DNA from: Perna viridis
Taxonomy: Eukaryota
Length of the DNA stretch: 64,000 nucleotides
NCBI GenBank assembly: GCA_037379345.1
Contig: CM074511.1
Span: 16,182,001 to 16,246,000, forward strand
Direction of reading: 5' to 3'
Of this stretch, positions 54,901 to 64,000 are shown piece after piece. Each line of letters starts with the position of its first letter. Positions within the stretch are counted from its first letter, which is position 1. The position numbers were made by a program, and so were the translations under genes. Below the pieces are notes generated by a model. The model did not search any database. It saw only the letters and a list, made by a program, of their open reading frames with translations, and was not told the origin of the DNA.

Positions 54901-57112
54901 GAGGTCTGATCCTACTTTCAACGTGATATTTTTAAGCGGTCAATAACCTTTTCACTGAGTCGTCATTTTTGGTTTTACATTTAGCAAATATAATATCCTT
55001 AAATTATTTTATTCCAAACTGATTATACAATCCAAATACACAAATGTAGAATGGTTATCTCTCTGACTTGGCGCGCCGTATGTTGATGACCAGTTTAGAT
55101 TCGATCCAATTTTTTTCTCGGAATCAAAACTTACTACTGCATGCTTCTACCCCATCATGTCTTATAGTGGCATATCAATAAAGAATGAAGATCTATTTGT
55201 CTAGCACAAATAAATTGATCTTGGAATGATCAGTCATCCAAAGTAAAGGCATTAATAATTAATTAATTTTCCGGTGCAGATTTCAGAGTGATTAACTCCC
55301 AATAAAGTTTTCAGACCATTTACACCTAAGAACAAATCATCAAATTTCTCCCATAATCCTGATTAATATTTCAGGATACATTTCGAAGCAGAGACGGCAC
55401 TGGATTCATTTGCATATCCTCAAATGACCCGGAAGTATTACCGAGTGTTACTGGACAGAGGACAGGAAGGGCTATACTACATATCATTTCCGTACGACTA
55501 ACGCTAAGTGACGTGTTGACATGACTGATGACCATTTTTCGGACAATCGAGCAAACCATATATAATTATCTTAGAAAGTGTCACGGTAATAAAAAAAAGA
55601 CGAATACGTTTTCAAAAGAAATAAACGAGCATTTTTTCCCATTCTTTAAAAAGAAATTTGGTTTTTGCGGTATCACATTTCAAGTGATCATGCAAAACTC
55701 TGTTAAACTTACGATTGGTTTATACCTCGTAGCAACAAATCATTTTCTGTTTGACTGGACACTAGACTGACATTATCATTGGACAGTAGAAATGTAGGGA
55801 AAACAAATTAATCTAACAGATGACACGGTAATAAAAATCAAGCCTTGTCCCATGTCTGACTATCCTTAAGGTTTATTAGTGTCCATATCTAGCTGTCCAT
55901 TAGAATTATTGCTGAATTAATAATACACCAAAGCTGTTGGAAAATATAACCGCGCGATTTAGAGTTGGGAATATATGCAATTGATCTGATATAAAGGATA
56001 TGTATATTGAAGTCCCAAAGTCGTCTAATCAATGAGTATTATTCACGGAATTCCATATAGATGATAAAAACGATAAGAGAAATTGTAAAAATGGAATATA
56101 AATCGTGGCCTCTGACGAATATCATACTAGAAATACGGTGCCAGGATGGATAAAAAAGGAGGATAGCAATACACATAACGCTAATTAAAGCAACAAATCA
56201 AATTAAAACGCATCAACTGAATTTAATAACAACGTCCCTGTTGTTCACTATTCTAAAACATTCAATACCATACCAAAACAAACGTGAATGTATAAAATCC
56301 AAATGTTTACAATAAGAGAATGAATCAATGATAATTAATTGAACATATTGGTTACTTTTCGCAGAATAGAAATGAATTAAGGAACGTCATCAAATGGAAA
56401 TATATCATTAAATTAACTTAACACTACTTTAAAATCACCAAACTGGTGATGCCTGAAGTGATCAAAATGTAACTTTCCCAAATATGACGACAAATTCAAG
56501 TTTTTCACTAAATGACAAAATAGTTACTGTAATTTCCCCAAGCATAACATTTCAGTAGCCCATCAATCATAACTAATTATTACTGATAGGTATAAATGTA
56601 TACTTGACAGATTAACATGAACGAATCTAAAATCCTCAAACTGCAACCTTAATGTGAATAAAGAATAAATGCAATTCTCTTTTTTATCATAAAACTTAAC
56701 GTATAACAAGTTTGCGAGAGAAAAAAACTATGTTACTATCGCTTTCTTGATGGGTTCTTTCTATTTATGTATAGTTACCCCATACATGTACAGGAATGAC
56801 AATTTGGTGAAGAGAAGGAATCCGAGTGTTTTGGGGGATTCGTTTGAGTATGTTAGTATTTGCAATTGATCTTAGAAAAATCCTTTTAATATTGAGTCAA
56901 CAAAATGGCTTTAAATGAAAGCATTTTTATTGAAAGTTAATTTGCCCTTTCTTGCATGTAGTAATGCACAGTATTTACAAAAAGCTTTGTAAGTGTTAAA
57001 CAATACACTGCTATATCTGCGTAAGTCAGAATCTTGCAATTATGTAGTAAAATCCGAATGCAAATACTCGAAAAATGAATACAGTATTAATAGAAAAAAT
57101 GTCAATACTCAC

Positions 57113-57185
57113 ATAAAAATAGCAATACAAAATTCCAGAAAACAAAATGTTTCAATTGTATACGAATTGGAAGTGAAGAAGACAT
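57113..57185 (-). CDS. Gene B exon 1: signal peptide (MSSSLPIRIQLKHFVFWNFVLLFL)
   Basis: ATG at 57185, 73 nt, donor gtgagt. Phase 1 joins exon 2 to give ...FVLLFLFIETCYS. It was the only strong-donor, phase-compatible signal-peptide exon I found upstream of 42080, and implies a ~15-kb intron. Confidence 0.7.
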
Positions 57186-57320
57186 TGCTGCACTTTTCAC
57201 AATCTAATTATGTATTATCTCTAGACTCCATCACAATATACCATGTGCTTGTTGTACATAACATGTATGTAGTTAGTAAATTATGTTTAAATTCCAAGTC
57301 ATACTTTATAACATAAGTTT

Positions 57321-57369
57321 GTATATATCACCGCCCATTTAACTGACTACAAACAAGCTACCGACCAAT
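57321..57369 (-). promoter_or_regulatory. Candidate core promoter of gene B (inverted CCAAT box, GC box, TATA-like)
   Basis: CCAAT at 57365-57369, GGGCGG (minus strand) at 57331-57336 and TATATA at 57322-57327, 140-185 nt upstream of the ATG in a plausible order. Confidence 0.35.
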
Positions 57370-59517
57370 CGAAATAAGTGATATTAATTCGCTGTCAGAT
57401 TCGATAAAGAACAATTGACCCGTGATCTTAAGGTCATACTACATGGTGCTTGAAAAGCAATGCACATTTTTATTACGATTGTTGAATCAACAACGACTGT
57501 GCTCTTTTTAAAGTTAAGTAGCAACAAATAGTCGATTAGACTGATATCGACGAGGTTTCTTCTTTAGAATAAGGGATTTGTAACGTTTTCCTGAGCGATA
57601 CACAATACAACATTATTACGTTTACTGTGTAATAACAAATGACAACTGTCTCAGACTTTCTGTATAAAATGTTTTTGGTCTATTGTCCTACATAGTATGG
57701 GTATATCCACATTATTTCTAACTGATTAAACTCCAAGATCTGTCACTTAACGTTCACTTCCTACAGCTTGTGAATCGTGCAGTCTCATTAATGAAAAATA
57801 TAAGAAAGCTTACATAATAATGATAAGAAATAAAAAAGTTTATTATCGGACAAAAGTTTGAATCATGTAACTATTGGAAAATCATAAACGCAGAATTTTT
57901 TGTGTAGTTTTTGAAAAATTGTAAAAAAAGATACGACTTGCACATTGTTACCAGTATGAAAGCGTCACTAGAAGTACTGAAAGTTTAGAAGATCTTTATC
58001 AGCTGTTAACAAGGTTGTGGTGTAAAACTTTAATTATAGGTGGTAAGCAGGTAGGAAACGATGGAAAAAGATTGGAATTTAATGGATTGATTAGAGTGTA
58101 ATTTGACAATTACTTTCTGCTTTGGACGTCTGGCTTGTTGCTCGGTTGATAAAAAATATTGTTATGTAACAGATTTTTTTTTACCATAATCAGATGTGAG
58201 TGGGTAGATTGAAACAGAACTCGTTACTGTATATGGAATACTTTGTTCCCAATAAGGATGCTTATTCCATTCATTATAAAACATTTCCGTGAAAAGTTAA
58301 GCTTGGCATTTTTCATTACGGATATTGTTTGGTCTATTTGAAAGCCCGAGATACGTTATACTTTATAAATATTTCAATCATGATTTCGTCTAAACAAACC
58401 TAAGCATTCAGCGATATAGTACTTGTTTATTCCTATGAAATATCTATTATTCAGAATGAGAATTCTCCATTATGAATTCTTCGTTGTCTTATAAAGTGTG
58501 AGATTATAATTGTACGTACATATTGGTTTCATAAAGCAACACAGCTTTAGATATACGGGTATGGATAATAACAACATTACCGAATTGATCAACTCTCTAG
58601 GCAGTAGCCAAAGGAAATTCTGTATAAAAAGTGACAATATCAGGCTACAAAAGGGAAAGTTGGAAACCACCGCAATGATCTTGACTTGGTACAAGCATTT
58701 CCGTTAGAAATGGTAAATTTATGTCACAACAGCTTTAAGTGGAAAGGTCAAGGTCAGATCCCAGCAGAAAAAAAAACACGACTATGCAACTGCTGCTGTT
58801 TGTAACTTTTTGTAATTGGCGGGTTTATAAGTAGGTCATTGAATTACATGTTTGAATCATTATAGGAATATTTCCAGTTAATATATATAAGACTTGAATG
58901 AGAACAGTGAGAATGTTTTATATTAACATTTAAAGAACTTTCATTGTTGAAGATTTGTGGATGATAAAGTGAAAAAAAAAAACATTTGTTTTTTTATGTA
59001 ATTAGTTAAACTATTCTTAGAATTTAAATAAAAAAACAGTTGCAATGTGGATATAGCAAACTACCTACACATAAACACAGGAAGAAAAAGTATGTCCACA
59101 TTTGAAAAGTAAATAACACAAAACATGAAGTTGGTTTAAAGGTAAATTTAATGTTCCAAAAGTTTCGACCATCAGGTCCCCGTTAGCAGAATTATTAATA
59201 AATTGAAGACCGTAAAACATTAGTAGATAAGAAACCCAAACCATCTAAAAGTGCAAGCATGAACCAAATTCATTGGCAGGATTTAACCTCCTTTGCTAAA
59301 AGTTTCTTCTTTCTTCTCCATAATTTTTCTTTATTGTTTAAATGTTCCCATTTTGTGGGTGGGGGATTTTGGTTAATTTGTGACTTTAATATCATTGTAT
59401 ACGTAGTAAAATCGTGTTAAGGGAATACATGGTATGAAGTTTTTACTTTTATAGTATTTCCAAATTAGTTGTTCTACGTAATACAAGAAGAAATTTTGGG
59501 GAAAGTTACCTAAAGCT

Positions 59518-59521
59518 AAAA

Positions 59522-59556
<35 letters not shown>

Positions 59557-59558
59557 AT
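59518..59558. repeat. (AAAT)n microsatellite
   Basis: About 10 perfect units. Confidence 0.9.
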
Positions 59559-61774
59559 ATTTAAATATATATATTCTGTTAAAATATATAAAATATAAGG
59601 AATATATGACAATATGGACCCAAGCTGCTTCATTATATTGAAGAAGAGAAAAGATGAAATTATCTCTGTGACATACAATACAACCGATAAATTAAAAATA
59701 AGATTTTTGAATATTCGTGTGTTTTTTTTCAGCTTAGTTTTACTGTACCTATGAATCTTTAGTATCATGAAAATATTAAATATGATTGCATATGTATTTG
59801 TTCATTTTTGTTTTAGTATACAAACGTATATAGGAAGTATGGTACCAAAGGTCAATGCTATCTAGAATTGTTCTGGTATCAATCAGCCATGATCGCCTAT
59901 CTGCAAAGTCATAATGGAAATTTGCTATAGAAGAAAATGCACTGTTATATAAACAAAACACATCCCTTTCTTGTTTAGTTGTCTTGAAAAAAATGTCCCT
60001 GCCGAATCATCGTATAACAGAAGTCACAAGTCGTATATTTGTAGAGATATGAGAAAGACATCGTAGTCTGTAGTGCAATCTGCCGCAAGCCTTTAGAATA
60101 GATATTGGTCGTGTGTGTTTCAATGTGTTGTAGTGAACCTTGTTACGGGATGTTATGAAAAGTAACTGCGTTTCTGTGACAACAACAATAGAGATGTGTT
60201 TTATGGAAAGACCAGTAAATGGTGGGTATTTAATAAAGTGTTTTTAAATATTAGGTCTCAATACCATTATCGCTATAATTCAAAACTCACACGATAAGAT
60301 TAAGTATTTCTTTTATTCCGTAGTTTCAAGCAAATATAGAAATTCTTTTGTCCCTTCCCCAAACTTCATTCAAGTTTATTTTCATCGGTTATTGGCTGAT
60401 TACTCAAATGTGGAATAGTGCATTTCCACCCGTGGTTTTGAAAGCACATCTGAAAGCGTATGGTTAATCTGAGAAAAATAAAAAAAAACATTTACAATGT
60501 CGCTAGTATCAGTTGACAATCTGCCCATGTTTAGTGTCGGTGTTATCTCCTAAATCTTTTGGAAACAACATGTAAAGCATGAAGAAAATTAAAAAATCGC
60601 TAAATGAGAATGTGTGTATTAAGGTGATTTTGCATTCCCTATTCATAACACGAACTTAGCAGAATAGAATCTATAGAAACTATTTTTGAGCTGTTGAACG
60701 TCACATTACTTCTCTGTAAGTGATCTATGGGCATGACGTTGTCGGCTCCACAAATAAAACTGCTAACAATTCAGAAAGTGTTGTTTGCAAAGGATTTCGT
60801 CTAATGTAGACGATACAGTTGCTGATATAAGCGAGACGCCAGAATTTTCAAAGTATGAGCAAAACATATAAATATTGTAAGACTAAACATCAATATAAAA
60901 CTTGACTAATCCATAGATATTTAGATTTCATCCAATGATATGATATGTAAATGCATACATGCCCTGATAAGACGACGACAAGTCACTATAATACAAATCG
61001 ATGGGTTTTTTTTTTAATTATAATACATACCTTGTATTCATTTTCTTATAATGTTTATCTTATTTTTGTACAAATTTGTATTTAACAGTTGTTCGTTATG
61101 GTTTAGGAAAAAAAATAATAAAGGATCACTCTCATTTTGCTTGCTGAAAGTGCTCCCACTTTTTCCGAGTTGGACTTTTTATGATAGTTTATACATTGGA
61201 TTTAATGGAGCATCAGATATAAATATGCTGAACCAAGATAATTTGCACAAAAATTTCTGAAAAGAACACTTTTTTCGTACATAGTATTAAAAATTGAAAT
61301 TGGCAATTGTTACTCTTCGCCCCTTTCTCATCTTATGATGGTCTTATTAAGGGTTCTGGTCAAAATTATTAGTTTTGGATTTGTTTAATACCATAACAAA
61401 TACAACTGTGACACTTTGGATAATGCTTCAAAAGAAGTCATGTTATACATCTGCACGTGCCATGTTTGGAGAAAATATTCCGAAGTAGCAAAATCTTATG
61501 AATACCAATTATGTTTACAAAATTATCTACTATTGAATTTAGAGGCTTGATGGTTTCCGTACAGTCTGACGGACGATCAAGTATAGGGCAACTAGACCAA
61601 TTTCTTTAAATAAAATGCATGAGTTAATGTAAAATATTGGGTAATATTTGATTTATTTTTATTTGGAATTCAGCCAAACCCTAGAAAATAAAAACCCAGA
61701 ATATCTATAATATACAAATTGTAAAAAAAAAACAAAGACTAAAACAAAACAAACTTACTTTTTCTGCTCTTTGT

Positions 61775-61843
61775 TCAGTTGTTTTCCCTGGATTGTGATT
61801 TTTTTTATTGAAATTTTAATCCTGGTTCCCTAGAATTCCCTTG
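61775..61843 (+). repeat. Dispersed SINE-like repeat, degenerate 3' fragment
   Basis: ttccctggattg...aatcctggttccct resembles the 3' part of copy 1. Confidence 0.45.
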
Positions 61844-64000
61844 CATGTTTTATGCATTCCCAACAGTAACCATGCATGTGAGAAGCGGGCTGTTATTAGA
61901 AACGTATACTTTCTTAGAATTTTCATATCTTAATCTTACTTGAAAAAAAAGACCTAAATTGATATATAGTGTACAAAAATGTTGGGCAATTCATATTCAG
62001 GAAGTAAAGACTCATAATTACTGTACAAGTGAACTCATTGCCAATAATTTCATTTTTTAAAAGTGGTATATTTTCATATCGTTAACTTTCTTTTCGTTAC
62101 AGACTTCTATAATTGTTACTGGTAGCTACCTAATTTCCAGAGAAAAGCTTGACTACCTTTTGTTGTAGCTATGCATTTAAAGACAATTTTTGAAATCAGA
62201 ACTCAAATGGTGTTACAAATACACCAATTCAGATAAAAATAACCAGAAAAAGATAATGAAGTTTTCCCAAATGTCTCTGACGCCTGGTTAAAACTATGTT
62301 GAAAAATAAAAACAAACGTATAGAGCCTATTCTACCAGAAAGCTATAGTTTTTTTTTCGATTCTGATTGTGTCTCTTTTATTTTGGTTACATATACATGT
62401 ATGAGAAAGGTTGATTATTGTGGTTTTATTTCTTTCTATGACTATTACAATTTTTTTTCACTAGATTTGGCTGTCTAGGTGTTTTTCTCATTCACAAAGA
62501 TGTACTTTGCAAGGGAATTTGGGTTATACTTTACAGTGAAATACATACAATTTGATAGACCTGTGTTCATTACTTTTCTAATCAGCTCCTGGGATCATTT
62601 TTCCACATTTTTAGCAATTTCCCATTTTAATTAAAACAAGGAAAACCAGAAGCAGAATATACAAAAAAATTAGAATGAGAACACAAACGACAAATACTAA
62701 TTTACATTAAACCAATATTCATTTGCATGAAATATATAATTAACATGCATGTCATTCAAAGCTTTCAATATTTAGGATGAACTACATATTCCTTCAGACT
62801 AACTTTGATGACGCATGGAGCAATCAAATTAATTAATCTTTCCTTCTATAACTTACTTGAAAGCAGTTTAATTTTATGTATGACGGAAGTCATGCTCATC
62901 GTTTAGACAAGAATTCCACGAAGATTTCTGTCAATTCTCCAATAAAACAGACACGCATAGTGAAACATATCTTAGAAAGTATTGGATACAAAAGAGATAC
63001 AAAAATCACTGACGAAAGTGGCCATATTGTTGGATCTTTTCTTCTTTGATACACATTAAACAAAATTCATCATAAGTTTTATGTTATGTAGCTTATCTGC
63101 TTCGTTGAAGCTCCATATATCTTTTTTTTCTGTTTCAAAAGGACTATGTATTGCTCTCCGAAGATAAATATTGTTCATTCTAAGAACATGATTTCTTGAA
63201 CAGCTTTGTGTGACATTTTTTATTTGTAAAAACAATTAAAAATACCTACTGACTTTCAATGCATTTAAATAGATGGTTTCAAACATGTGACTTCTTCTGT
63301 AACCAAATTGTCAAAAATGTTTATATTAGTAGGGAGAAACAGAGTAGAAAAAGTCATGCCCATTTTTCTTCTTTGTAATGAAACGAAAAAAAGTGCGAGT
63401 TCCAGATGTACTTTGATTGAGTGCATGAGAGGAACTTGACACCGAGTTTTTTTTAAAGAGAGTATTGACCCTTCCATCTAAGTGCTTTTATTTATATCAA
63501 TTCTTGCATTTGCGTAGCATAAATTTATCACGTGGAAATGTTACAACAAACCCATTGTAATGCCCTTATTTTTTATGTAAATTAGTCAATTCCATTATAT
63601 GGCATAATATAGAAATACTGCATCACTCTCCTTATACTGAAAGTTTCGAAATTATTGCGTGCAATATCATTTGCAGTTTTGACATCTTAGTTAATAATGC
63701 GAGTTTTGGTTTTGTGATTTTCTTAAAAAAAAAAGGTCCACATTTATGTCAGAAATTTCACATTGCAACTATCAATTACTGCATTTTTTTTGCAAGAATT
63801 AACTTAATCAATTTTTTTAACTTAACAATGTGTCTTGAGTAGTTTCCATTGATATCTCTCCTACATATAATATGATACATTGTAATACCATGAGTTGCAT
63901 TTCATCTGATATGTACAAGGCTTGTATAATACCTGTAGGAAACCATTGTATTTTTTTTTCTGTTTTTACTTTTAAGTTTTTTGCAAAGTATCAAAAAAAG

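Noticed and set aside
59065-59101. Alternative signal-peptide exon MWTYFFFLCLCV for gene B
   Set aside because: Weak donor (gtagtt) in T-rich sequence. The 57113-57185 exon has a consensus donor and a better signal peptide.
59162-59189. Minus-strand gacc-tgat-ggtc-gaaac resembling a Penelope-type hammerhead stem II
   Set aside because: The upstream core is degenerate (ctgctaa). At most a dead retroelement relic.
59373-59768. Longest ORFs in the track (this 131-aa ORF; also 38704-39093, 31180-31560, 29465-29827, 7822-8181)
   Set aside because: Low-complexity F/L/I/Y/K-rich translations of AT-rich or microsatellite DNA with no homology cues.

Overview
AT-rich eukaryotic genomic DNA with spliceosomal introns and no long ORFs. 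The repeat types suggest a bivalve mollusc, possibly Mytilus (inference). Almost all ORFs in the supplied track are chance ORFs. The real coding content had to be rebuilt from splice sites. (1) The last two coding exons of glutaminyl-tRNA synthetase (QARS1) lie on the + strand at 2568-3203. (2) Two diverged tandem paralogues lie on the - strand, convergent with QARS1: gene A (18812->9980, 6 exons, 295 aa) and gene B (57185->~34903, 15-kb first intron, 3' end less certain). Each encodes a signal peptide, two tandem 6-Cys helical modules, an S/T-rich stalk and a GPI-type hydrophobic tail. The Cys spacing of the modules resembles neuritin/CPG15, the RGM N-terminal domain and DUF19-type proteins. 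Gene A needs a GC-AG intron. The non-coding DNA holds a very young composite KolobokP-like element (two ~470-bp terminal direct repeats, ACAT TSD), several MITE families including a three-level nest, Helentron/HINE-like and SINE-like remnants, and minisatellites, one of them born inside a dispersed repeat.
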